Of a stretch of DNA of 37,051 nt, positions 1 to 10,600 are shown piece after piece. The notes beneath the pieces are model-generated. The model had not been told where the DNA came from and made no database searches. It saw only the letters and a program-made list of their open reading frames with translations. How positions within the stretch are numbered: position 1 is the first letter of the stretch; the number at the start of each line of letters is the position of its first letter. The position numbers and the translations under genes were made by a program. The DNA comes from Mayamaea pseudoterrestris (lineage: Eukaryota), in the NCBI GenBank assembly GCA_027923505.1, contig BROI01000031.1, positions 248,001 to 285,051 of the forward strand. Direction: 5' to 3'.

Positions 1-2
1 CC

Positions 3-1151
3 GAGCGTGTCCCTCAGCTTGTCAAGTTGTTGCTTGAGAGCTTTAATCCCCATGTACGCTACGGCAGCTGCATGGCGGTGGGCATTGCCATGGCAGGAAC
101 TGGCGATGCTGAGAGTATTGCGTTGCTAGAGCCGATGCTAGACGACATGACGGATTATGTCCGCCAGGGCGCTTTGATTGGAACTGCTATGATTTACATG
201 CAGCAAAGCGACTCTTGCAACAACCGTAAGATTCGCTCGTTTCGCGAAAGGATCATGAATCAAGTAGCCGAAAAGCATCAAAGTACCATGTCCAAGATGG
301 GCGCTATTTTGGCGACAGGTATTATCGATGCGGGTGGGCGCAACTGCTCGTTGATTCTTGGTTCGCGTAATGGATTCACCAAGATGTCGAGCGCCGTCGG
401 CATGGTCATGTGGCTGCAGCACTGGCACTGGTTTCCCATGATGCACATGTTTAGCCTGGCGCTCACGCCAACCTTTACCATTGGACTCAATAAAGATTTC
501 AGATACCCAAAGAACTTCGAGATTCAATGCAACGCCAAGCCTAGCCAGTTTGCTGTTCCCAAGAAACTGGAGGAGAAGAAGGAAGAAAGGAAGAAGCGGG
601 TCGAGACGGTGACGCTTTCGACAACGGCCAAGGAGAAGGCTCGCCTAGCACGCAAGCGCGTTAAGGCTGGCGGTCATGACTCTGCTGCCATGGACATTGA
701 CAAAGAGGAAAAGGTCGACTCGAAGGATGTTGTAACATTTGAAAACAAGGAGGGTGACGATGACAAAACTGACGCAATGGAAGTTGACAAGGCGGTCGAA
801 GAGGAGGATAAACCCAAGAAGAAGCGCGAGCCCGAACCGAAGTCCTTCCGCGTTCAGAATCCGTCGCGCATGACCAAGGCACAGGCACTCGTCTGCGAGT
901 TCGATATGGATCAACGTTATCGGCCGATTCGGCCAGAGGAACAGCCTATTGGTGTCATTATCCTAACGGATAGTCGACCTAACGAAGAAGAAGAGCTGCA
1001 GACGGTCAGAACGCCGTCGTTGGAGCCAGAAGGCGAGCTGCCTCCTCCTGAGCCGTTCCATTGGAGCCCTCCAGTTCCGCCACCTGTGGTGTCTTCCCCC
1101 GTCGCAGAAACGAGCGCTGCGTCGGATATGAACGCAGGAAGCGGTTCGTAA
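3..1151 (+). CDS. RPN2: 26S proteasome regulatory subunit RPN2/PSMD1, 3' part (5' end outside window)
   Basis: Frame open from base 3 (ERVPQLVKLLLESFNPHVRYG...). PC-repeat segments 'SFNPHVRYGSCMAVGIAMAGTG', 'DYVRQGALI' and 'KMGAILATGIIDAGGRN', then 'TVTLSTTAK' and 'NPSRM', and C-terminal 'PPPEPF' like the Rpn13-binding tail. Stop TAA 1149-1151. Confidence 0.95.
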   Translation, partial: ERVPQLVKLLLESFNPHVRYGSCMAVGIAMAGTGDAESIALLEPMLDDMTDYVRQGALIGTAMIYMQQSDSCNNRKIRSFRERIMNQVAEKHQSTMSKMGAILATGIIDAGGRNCSLILGSRNGFTKMSSAVGMVMWLQHWHWFPMMHMFSLALTPTFTIGLNKDFRYPKNFEIQCNAKPSQFAVPKKLEEKKEERKKRVETVTLSTTAKEKARLARKRVKAGGHDSAAMDIDKEEKVDSKDVVTFENKEGDDDKTDAMEVDKAVEEEDKPKKKREPEPKSFRVQNPSRMTKAQALVCEFDMDQRYRPIRPEEQPIGVIILTDSRPNEEEELQTVRTPSLEPEGELPPPEPFHWSPPVPPPVVSSPVAETSAASDMNAGSGS

Positions 1152-1589
1152 CGACTTTGATAGCGTAACAGCTCAGATTTATTCTATTAACGGAAGAGAA
1201 GTAGCTATAGGCTGTGCGTATGCGTAGACTTTCTCAGCAATAGCGCATTGGCGACAACGTGAAACCAATCCTAGAGGACGAGTAAACATTCGATAGCTTC
1301 GCCTGTGGCGCTCATTCTGGCAACATTCTCAATATGGTAATAATGTGAACGGTGACCGAAGAACATTCAATAGTTTAAACGACATATGGTCTTCCTCACA
1401 AAAGTTTTTGAACAGTGATTGGGTACCTAATGGAGACTAGTCATCGAGGCAATAATACGATTGTGTTGTCGCTATCTGTATAGTACAAAGTGTACTGAAA
1501 ACTGCAGCATTTATATTGCCCGAAAAGCAGCTGTTTCGAGCAGCTTCTGCCTTCTCTTGCGCCATTCTTTCCAACCTCCAACCCCCATC

Positions 1590-2249
1590 ATGTCAAAGCG
1601 CAAGAGAGAGACGGACTGCGGAATTGCCAAAGGAAAAGTTGTTTCCTTCGGACTCTTACTCTACAAATGTGATTCAGACCAAAATATTGCATCCTCGTCG
1701 TCGGTTGCCTCCAGCAAGACCAAGCTTGACATTCGCTTCCTCGTTGGTCTAATTCCGCAGCGCAACTGGTGGACCGTCTTCAAAGGCTTGCCAGAAGGAA
1801 GCGAGACTCCGTATGAAACAGCGATGCGGGAGTTTAAAGAAGAGACGGGAATACTTGATGCTTCCATTATCAGTAGATTGTCTGCGTCGCTGGAGCAACA
1901 AAAATCTACAACGCTTCACGCCAAGGTTGGATCCTCCAAGGATTTGCACATTTTTTTAGTCGATGGAGCGTTTGTCGCGGAATCCAATTTTGACAGCTCA
2001 AGAGTCGCAAAGATTGATCAAGGCTATATGAAGGGCAAGCCAGAGATTATTGCAATTCAGTGGCTGTCGCTCGAGCAAGCTCTGCAAGGAACAAATGGCG
2101 CCAAACTGTACACGTCGCAGCATGCGCTTCTGCGAGAGGCACATCAATTCGTAGTACTGACGAAGGAGACAGAGAAGAATCAAAGGAAGGCAACATTGGA
2201 TACGAAGGGTGACGAAACGAATGATGGGAGTGACAACGTTGCGTGTTGA
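1590..2249 (+). CDS. Nudix hydrolase (Ap4A-hydrolase-like)
   Basis: Nudix box G-X5-E-X7-REUXEEXG present as 'FKGLPEGSETPYETAMREFKEETG'. First in-frame ATG at 1590 (MSKRKRET..., NLS-like). The ORF-track start at 1461 is a TTG. Confidence 0.85.
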   Translation: MSKRKRETDCGIAKGKVVSFGLLLYKCDSDQNIASSSSVASSKTKLDIRFLVGLIPQRNWWTVFKGLPEGSETPYETAMREFKEETGILDASIISRLSASLEQQKSTTLHAKVGSSKDLHIFLVDGAFVAESNFDSSRVAKIDQGYMKGKPEIIAIQWLSLEQALQGTNGAKLYTSQHALLREAHQFVVLTKETEKNQRKATLDTKGDETNDGSDNVAC

Positions 2250-2334
2250 GCATCTCCTATTTTCAAACGCCACAATAATATATCCCAAGTAATGGATGTA
2301 TCATTTAAACTTTCGCTCTTTTTAATATATTCAA

Positions 2335-5300
2335 TTAGAGATTCTCTAGAATTTTCCAACAATGGAACAGACCCGCCGTTGCATTCCCCGAGTCTATTCC
2401 AAGAGACTCCATGGCTTGGCGGACAATGGCCGACTGCGCATACAAGTCCTCCATCTGCGCTCGCTTTTTCGAATCCCCTTTTCCATTCACTCCGAGTACA
2501 TCAAAAAAGAATGTTTTTGTTCCAATTAGCATGTATTTAAGACCTTCCACGAGATCAACTTGCTCCGATGACAGGCGACTTGTCCCATTGTCCTTGACTG
2601 GAATAAGCGTGCATACGCGACGAACCATGTAGGCAAGCAATGGTTCAATTAGTTTTAACAACAGCTCCAACTGCCCTTTCTCTGCAAGCTCCGCATCATC
2701 TTGAAAGAGCGCCAGAGTGTCAATGCTTGACAATGGCTTGGGCAAGCCATTGACAAGCACAAGCTGAATGACTGCAGTCGCAATCTCCCACCATCGCAAC
2801 GCTGCAGAATTCGGTGTTCCTTCCACTCCATCACCCAGTGACCATTTCAGAACGCTCATGGCAGTTACAATCTCCTCTTGCAGCAAGCCACGAATAATGC
2901 CAATCTCAAGCGATCGCGAAAACGACGTAATATCGCCCAGCTTTTTCAACAAATACAATCCACCAGAGTCAATGTCACTGCCATGTTCGTCTGCATCCTT
3001 GGCAAGCACACCGGTCAAAGTACTCTTGTACTGGCGCGAAACGTCCAATATCTTGGCAAGCGCATCGTCAAGATCGCTCTCGTCCATGGCGTCAACTTCG
3101 CTTCCAGCCTTGGCACCCGCCATGTTGCGTGCAATTACTGCAAACTCCTTTTCGGCTGGTGACGAAATCGCCTTCCACAAGGTAAATGTGCGGAACCAAC
3201 TGCGGTCGCGACTGTACTCACCCCAAGATGCAGCTGCCATACTCTCAGAGAATTCCTCGCCCACCAAATAAGAAAGCAACATGGATGCATCCTCGCCATT
3301 GTCCCAGATACGTGTCTTAACGTCGATGATGACGACCTGGCATGGGTGGGTTGCATCAAGTTCTGCTGATACTTGCGACTCGAAAATGTGATCCACCAAC
3401 GCACTTGACTTTGGCAAACAATTAGTTACAAGATGGTCTGGTTCGCTGAGGTTCTCAGCCATGAGCGTCAGCGCCGTCTTGACAAAGGCACCACGACTGT
3501 TCCGCCAGCCAAACAAAACAAAGGGTTCCCACTGCTTCCAATACGCCGCCGGCCACTGGTAGTCGGTATTGGTCAGATGGAAGGCGAACCATTCGCTCAG
3601 ATTATAGCGCGCCATTGGTACCATCGCTGGCATGTAATCTTGAAACAAAGTCGCCAGGGCCAGGGCTATGGCCGGCGATATAGTCGACGGAGCGAGGCGA
3701 GTCAGCTCGAGAATAATGCGACCAACGTGCATCTGGCGAATGGGCGAAATGGGCGAAGATTGGACGACAAGCGAGAGCAGTGTCTCGAGAATCAAATACT
3801 CAATGCCCTTCGAGTCTTGTCCATTAACCATGGCAGCTAGAGACCACACCGCTTCAGCTGTTGCCTTGGCACCGCCCCGTTCAATGCCAACGCCCGAAAC
3901 GCAGCTTTCGTGCATCAAGACAATATCTCGAACTGCTTGCGCCAGAAAGTACCGGTCAATCAAACCAAAATTCTTCTTGTAAGCATCCAAGCGTTCATTC
4001 GATGGCATTGCTGCCACTTCCCCCATGTCCTCGTCTTCCTCATCGTCATCAGCCACATCTAAGTCCGGCGGTGGACCAAAAATGGGCAAGCGCCCAAACA
4101 CGAGGCCATCCAAATTTGTAGTCGCGAGGCGCGCGTCACCCTCCACTCGGCCTCCCAGAAGAAAACTCAATGACTCGCAAATCGGAAAAATATCAAGTCG
4201 CACCGACTTGTCGGAATACTTGATGGACTCGTTAAACTGTCCGTCCAATTGAGATGATTGCTGTAGCGCTTGCCAGGGTGTGTCGAGAAACGGAGCGAAT
4301 CGGATAAAGGAATCATTATCATTCTGCTGCTGCAACTTGATGTGATGCTGCACCGATCGGAGCAAATCCTGCAACGAGTCACAGACTTGGCTAGACCCGT
4401 CTTCTTCTTCGTCGTCGTCGTCATCCTCGTCGCCTTCCTCCACGTCATTACCTTTTCCATCCGCTGCATCGCCAACGTCATCCCGCTGTTCCGCCTGCAG
4501 TAGGATAGCCGTTCGTCCGGTTCCAGGAACAAAGTCGGATCGATATGCTTGCAACAACGCATTCAGTGGATCAACCAATGCAGTTTGAATCCAATTCACG
4601 GAAATATTCGGTACACTCGTGAGAAATGGAACAGAATTGAGTACAATCATGGCTAGAATGGCCGCGACTGATCCGTTATTGTGCGTATGCCCGGCTTGTT
4701 CCGCCGCTTGGACCATGGCGCGAAGCAATCCTGCCAGCGTAATCGGAGATGTTGCAGTAATATCTGCCGCATCCTTGTCAGCGTCATAGCTCTGGATAAT
4801 GCTAATCTTTGCAAGCAGGACGAAATACTGCAAGGTCAATCGAACGCGCACAAAGAGTCGAGGTAAATCAAACTCGACATTGCTTTCATTACTGACAAGC
4901 AAAAGTGCGTCCAAGTCTCTTGCAAAATTTGACATGCTGTATGCAATGACTCGATGTGAAAATAGCCATGGAACAGCAGAAACAGTAGCTGGAGATGAAG
5001 AGTGGTGATGTTGCTCGTGCAAGTTGAGCGTCAGCGCAGCAAGGCAAGGTCCTTGAATTGGACTGAACGCGACAGCCTCACCAATACTTGCAGCCAGCGG
5101 TCCGACTTGACGACTCAAGAGCGCATCGCTAGCATTATCATATTGAAACCACGAATTAGCGTTTCCAACCAGCACTTTTGTTAGCTGCTGAATATGATCC
5201 ACTTGCATCTTGACAACCGGACGCATCGTCGTCGACTTTTCTTCCTGCGAAGTTTCACTGATTGTCGCATCAGTATTGGAGGAAGTAGGCGTCGCTCCAA

Positions 5301-5652
5301 CAGCATGAATCATGGCGACGAGCGACTGAAACATTTGCTCCTTGGGATCCTTCACAGCAGATTCATCCGTGGCAGTGAATCGATTGCCTCTCGGAGCTCT
5401 TGTAGGAGCGGGTGACCTCCCAAACAATCCTTGGCCGCCGCCGCCATGTCCTCTGTAAGCTTGTCCTCGTCCATAGCCTCCGCCGCGCCGTCCGTTTGAG
5501 TTGTAATTGTTTCGATAGCCTCCTCCCCTACCGCCACGCTGATTGTTTCGTCCGCCACCGCCGCCGCCGCCTCGATAATTATTGCCGTAGTGACTGCCGC
5601 CGCCACCGCCAGAAGAGTAGTCTCGACGATCGCGAGACGAGTAGTCTGCCAT
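2335..5652 (-). CDS. NCBP1: Nuclear cap-binding protein subunit 1 (CBP80), MIF4G-like domains, with RGG-rich N-terminal extension
   Basis: 1105 aa ORF. 'LSEWFAFHLTNTDYQWPAAYWKQW' matches the CBP80 WFxxHLxN..W.W motif, preceded by 'EYLILETLLSL' and 'GRIILELTR'. Confidence 0.85.
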   Translation of the reverse strand: MADYSSRDRRDYSSGGGGGSHYGNNYRGGGGGGGRNNQRGGRGGGYRNNYNSNGRRGGGYGRGQAYRGHGGGGQGLFGRSPAPTRAPRGNRFTATDESAVKDPKEQMFQSLVAMIHAVGATPTSSNTDATISETSQEEKSTTMRPVVKMQVDHIQQLTKVLVGNANSWFQYDNASDALLSRQVGPLAASIGEAVAFSPIQGPCLAALTLNLHEQHHHSSSPATVSAVPWLFSHRVIAYSMSNFARDLDALLLVSNESNVEFDLPRLFVRVRLTLQYFVLLAKISIIQSYDADKDAADITATSPITLAGLLRAMVQAAEQAGHTHNNGSVAAILAMIVLNSVPFLTSVPNISVNWIQTALVDPLNALLQAYRSDFVPGTGRTAILLQAEQRDDVGDAADGKGNDVEEGDEDDDDDEEEDGSSQVCDSLQDLLRSVQHHIKLQQQNDNDSFIRFAPFLDTPWQALQQSSQLDGQFNESIKYSDKSVRLDIFPICESLSFLLGGRVEGDARLATTNLDGLVFGRLPIFGPPPDLDVADDDEEDEDMGEVAAMPSNERLDAYKKNFGLIDRYFLAQAVRDIVLMHESCVSGVGIERGGAKATAEAVWSLAAMVNGQDSKGIEYLILETLLSLVVQSSPISPIRQMHVGRIILELTRLAPSTISPAIALALATLFQDYMPAMVPMARYNLSEWFAFHLTNTDYQWPAAYWKQWEPFVLFGWRNSRGAFVKTALTLMAENLSEPDHLVTNCLPKSSALVDHIFESQVSAELDATHPCQVVIIDVKTRIWDNGEDASMLLSYLVGEEFSESMAAASWGEYSRDRSWFRTFTLWKAISSPAEKEFAVIARNMAGAKAGSEVDAMDESDLDDALAKILDVSRQYKSTLTGVLAKDADEHGSDIDSGGLYLLKKLGDITSFSRSLEIGIIRGLLQEEIVTAMSVLKWSLGDGVEGTPNSAALRWWEIATAVIQLVLVNGLPKPLSSIDTLALFQDDAELAEKGQLELLLKLIEPLLAYMVRRVCTLIPVKDNGTSRLSSEQVDLVEGLKYMLIGTKTFFFDVLGVNGKGDSKKRAQMEDLYAQSAIVRQAMESLGIDSGNATAGLFHCWKILENL

Positions 5653-6057
5653 TTCAAGTATTATATCAATGGACTACCGTATATTGTAAGCCTGCGGGAT
5701 CAGGATTTGGACGTGTCTATATGCGAGGGAAAGATTCGAAGAACGTGTGGTTCACACGCGATGCAGCAAATGCGTCAATGAAAACGAACAAAACATATCA
5801 AGTATTATTGCCTGGCATGCCAGAGACATTCCCTATATTATTGCCTTGACAAAATTTACTATTGCCCAAACATGACGTCGGCCGCCTTGGCATGATTGAT
5901 CCGTCATGGTATCGGAGCGGTACACGCATTTTCGAATGAGCATCCTCTCGCAAACCCTGGAACGAAGGTTCTGTACCAACGCTATAATGAGCCATCGTTG
6001 ATCCAACTACAGTACCATCGTAGCAGTATTGGTTATTCGGCAAAGTGATAGTCTAGC

Positions 6058-7138
6058 ATGGATGATTATAGTCAGGAAAGAGTCCAGACGGTTGTTTTCT
6101 TGAGGTTGGTCGAGTTGGCATGTCACTGCACGATGCACGATCGACGACAAACACTCTAAACGCACTGACAGCGCCGTCATGACTCGATTCATTGTTCGCC
6201 CCTCATTTCGTACTCTTGATCACAGGCACGCCGTCGCTGTTCACAATGTACGCGATATAAATACTGGACGTCATCCCAATCCACACGACGAAGCATTCTT
6301 CGATCCGCCATTAATTTCGCATCATCCTCTTGGCGAGCAAGCTGCAGTACGAGCTGGCGAGGCAATAGTGAAAGAGATTCAGAAACTGCATGTCGATGGA
6401 GCGGCTGAACCGACTTGTAATTATTTCATATCGGCCGCAACTTCTTCTTCTTCTGCACGGCTGACAAATGCAAGTACAATCCAGCTAATCGTTACATCAC
6501 CCTTAACGCGGTGCATTCAAACAACCATGCTGGCATTTGCGTCGGCTTCTTGTCACCGAAGTGGCGGCGCAAATGAAAGCAGCGCTGTTGACAGGGACAT
6601 TCATTGGAACGGCAACGAAACTGACTCGTCAAAACATTCCGCCGCTCCATTGCTCACTCCGTTGAAGAGTGATCAAAGATTACCAGTCATCATTCATGAG
6701 TCTGTTCGCGAAGCCTTTGGTCGGCACTACACTGATCGAAGACGTTCCAAGACGGACATACAAACGATTCTGGAACGACAAGACATTCATTTGTCGTGGC
6801 ACTTTGATCCAGCCATGGCAGAAGACGACACCCTATGGAGTGTGAACTCTCGCGAAACTCAACATGACGTCCAAGATCGCGTACAATACTTTTTAAATTG
6901 GCTAGTTCAGCGACCTGAATCAACAATTGTCGTTGTGACGCATGGCGTCTGGATGGAGGTTTGTTTGAAGGGATTTCTGCAAAATCGCGTCTACAATTGT
7001 CACGCATACACTAGCCAAGTCATTTCCAAGAATAGTTGCGAAACCGGTACACGCATGACGGACGAAAGTAGCAGTCATCAAGTGTTTCTACGACTGCAAA
7101 ATGTGCGACGAATATATAACGACAATGATAAACTATGA
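6058..7138 (+). CDS. Histidine phosphatase / phosphoglycerate-mutase family protein; 2 exons (6058-6104, 6226-7138)
   Basis: Splicing intron 6105-6225 (GTTGGT...CACAG, 121 nt) gives MDDYSQERVQTVVFL-RHAVAVHN, the catalytic RHG-type motif. Also 'DPPL', 'VTSPLTRCIQT', 'RET', 'IVVVTHGVW'. Confidence 0.85.
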
Positions 7139-7658
7139 TAGTGTACTCAGTATTACATGTACCGAACGATTAGTCGGGTCCAATTCTAACGCGCCACAAG
7201 TTGGTGGAATACGATCAACATATACATTCTTGCTAAAATAGAAACATATGGTGCCTTGGTACAGATTCAAAGCTTTTCCTTTAATCGTGTGACGAAACGG
7301 ACCTCAACCTTCTCATGTCGCGGCTTAGTCGCAGAGCGACTGCACAAAGACAATGCGCGTCACCATGATGATTCGTGCGGTTTCGCGAGAGGAGCCCTTG
7401 CTTACCACTAATCTGTTCTGTCGGTAGTACATCACATGGATACTGTAATCATAACAAGCGGAGGAGTCGTGCAGATATTCTGAATTTCCCTGAATCTCTA
7501 TAGCAATCCTAAGAAACCGCTTACTTTTGCTCAGCCTTGCGCGCGAATCCAATCGAAACCGTTTCGTCAAGCCTTTTTCTGACTTCTAAAGCGACGTTTG
7601 AAGCGGAGAATTCTCCGCCAAACAGTTCATTCTTTTATTCTTTAACAATTAACCATTT

Positions 7659-10600
7659 ATGGAACCAAAAACTATTGCTGCATTGGGGCGAAACGAGGGA
7701 GGCGTCGTTCAAAATCATCATGCTGCCGCTGCAACTGCTGCATTTGCCGACTTGAACGATTCGATGACTCTGAATGATACAAAGAAAGCTGGAAGCCCTT
7801 TGAGTAGCACGTCGAATATTGCTCATTCCAAGGAGCCTTCATTGTCAGGGCAGGAGGAGGAGCAGCAGCAGCAGCAGGACATCAGCGCGTCACATTCAGC
7901 AGCAGCAGCAGCACCAGAGCAATCGCTTGGCTCAACTTCATCGGATTTGAAGGCGGAGTCAGATTGGCTTGATGAAATGGCCAAGGAGGATGGTGTGAAC
8001 GGAGTCATGGGAAATGGAGATGATGATGCTTACAAAGATGAAATGGAGGACTTCGAATCGTCTGCGAATCATGCATTGGACGAGGATGGCCGCAAACTGC
8101 CTGCATCTACTGCAGTAACAAATCCGGATGACATTATCGTCCTGGACGACTCGGATGATGACAGCGACGATGACGGGGCGTCGGAGCAACCAGATTTGAA
8201 GCGACAAAGAGTCCAGTCCAGTGCTAGTAGCAGTGTTGCACAGTTAAAGCCGCAACAAAAACCGATCAGTGTGGGAGCAATTCAGTCGCACCACCATCGG
8301 CGACCATCCAACTTACCACCATGGATGCAGCAAGCCGTTAATGCATTGCGCACGGGCTATATTGTTCCAGGCCAATCGCTTTCAAGTCATGTGCACCACC
8401 AGCAACAGTCGGATGCGATTGCTGCCGCGGAGCGAGGAGCGCAAGAGGCCAGTGTTACCAATCATCCTGCAGCACCCAGCATGCACCCAACCGACAACGG
8501 CATAAGCAATGCCAATCCATTTGCTGCAACTCTGCAACAGCCCATGCCCAATGCTCCCTTATACATGAAACTGCCATCCAATTTTAGACCAACGTGGCAG
8601 CACATATTACCTCCAACGCATGCGTCGTCGCTTCCTCGACTTGCTGACAATCATGGATCGCAACTCAAGAGGTTTCAATTGTCACTTCTAAATGTGAATG
8701 AATTCTCGTTTATGGGTCTTCCGGTATCTTCGTTTGACGTTCGGCCGACGCCAATCTCTGGCATGCGAGTGCCGATTCGACAAATATCGCGGCCGTATGG
8801 CAAGGCAGAATTTGAGCAAGACGCAGACGGCGGCAAGTGGCGGATTCCGCTCGGGGCATACCAACCCTTTTACGCTTACTTGTGTTCGCTATCTAATACG
8901 CGAGTGGAAGGGATATCGTTCCGGCAATTACAGATTGCTTCATTGGAGAAAGCTCGACAAGAGAAAGGATATCCAACACCTGAAGAGTTGATAGAAAAGG
9001 GAGTTCCGTCTGGATTGGCGTCTGCATTGGCGCCTTTTCAGCGGGGTGGTGTTGATTTTGTGTTGGAAAAAGAAGGCCGAGCATTGATTGCGGATGGTAA
9101 GTTATTCCTTTTGCTGCATGTACCATTATCTTGTGGAACTGGGATGAATCTCACATGCGTCCTGCCCCTTCCACTTTTAGAAATGGGGTTGGGGAAGACA
9201 ATTCAAGGCATTGCAGCAATCGCCGCTTACAGACATGAATGGCCAGTTTTGGTGTTGACGCCCAGTAGCGCGCGTTACCATTGGGCCGCGGAGTTTAACA
9301 ATTGGCTGGGAGCCGATAGCGAAGTAAACAAGGCAGACACTAACAATCAGCAGCTGATACGCGATGGGCAAGTCAATGTTATGACTTCTTCAAAAGACAA
9401 TATGCTTCCGCATCCGGATACTGCAGTCGTTATTTGCTCATACGGTCTTGCTTCATTGCTCGTGGAAAACAAACAAATTCGACCTGGCCGTTTTTGTTGC
9501 GCCATTGTCGACGAGAGCCACATGCTTAAAAGCAAAGGCTCCAAACGGGTGAAAATGCTCAAACCGATACTGGCGGCAGCGAATCGATGCATATTACTTT
9601 CCGGTACGCCAGCCCTGGCGCAGCCTTTTGAGTTGTGGCCGCAACTGCAAATCCTGCGAGCTGAGCGTTTTAATGGATGGGATGATGAAGAGGACTTTAT
9701 AAGCAAGTATGTTCGACGATGTGGCCCTCGGGAGAAGGCTGAACTCCATACTATGTTGTCAAGCACTGTTATGATCCGTCGCTATAAGAACGACATTTTG
9801 AAGACCATGCCGAAGAAGAGACGAGCAAAGGCAGCATTGCATGTTTTGAACTATGACAACTGGATTCGATTTAAAGAACTACTGGTCGAACTACGTGAGA
9901 GCAAAGGACAGCTTGGAAAGCTTGCTCGCGACCTTGAAGACAATCGCAGTGACGGCGATACAGCAAGTCCGCCTCACCTTCCTGCTAACCAGGCCGGTCA
10001 ACTTCCACCTGACTTGCCCGACGCCTACGCGGGTCGTTGCGCAACAGCTCGAAAGCATGAGCAGGCCTTCAATGAAGATAATACGGATGAAAAGCGGCGA
10101 GCTAATGTTTTATCTCGGCTATACTGTTTGACTGGCGACGCCAAGATACCTCTCGTTCTTGATATGCTCAAGCGGTGGCTCAATGACCCAACCAAAGGGA
10201 AGCTTTGTATTTTTGCACATCACATTTCTGTACTAGACGCACTCCAAGACTTGGCTGGTCTGTCAAATGAACCGGCAAGCCTTAACAAATATATTCGGAT
10301 TGACGGATCAACGAATCCCAAGATTCGGCAAGAGCAGATTCAAGCTTTTCAAACCGATCCGTCCACAAAGATTGCGTTACTCGGAATCACAGCAGCGGGG
10401 GTTGCCGTCACCCTCACGGCCTCGTCCACTGTTTGGTTCGCCGAGTTATTTTGGACTCCTGCGATCATGATCCAGGCAGAGGATAGGTGCCATCGTATCG
10501 GGCAGAATTCTCGCGTGAATTGCTTATATTTTGTCGCAAAAGGGACGCTTGACGAAGTTCTTTGGATGCTCCTGGAAAAGAAGTTTCGGGAGCTCGGCGA

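Noticed and set aside
2249..2335. Very short convergent intergenic gaps (also 11492-11573)
   Set aside because: Typical of compact algal genomes; no specific regulatory signal can be supported.
7853..7913. GAG/CAG/GCA trinucleotide runs
   Set aside because: Short coding poly-E/Q/A tracts in a disordered N-terminus; ordinary.
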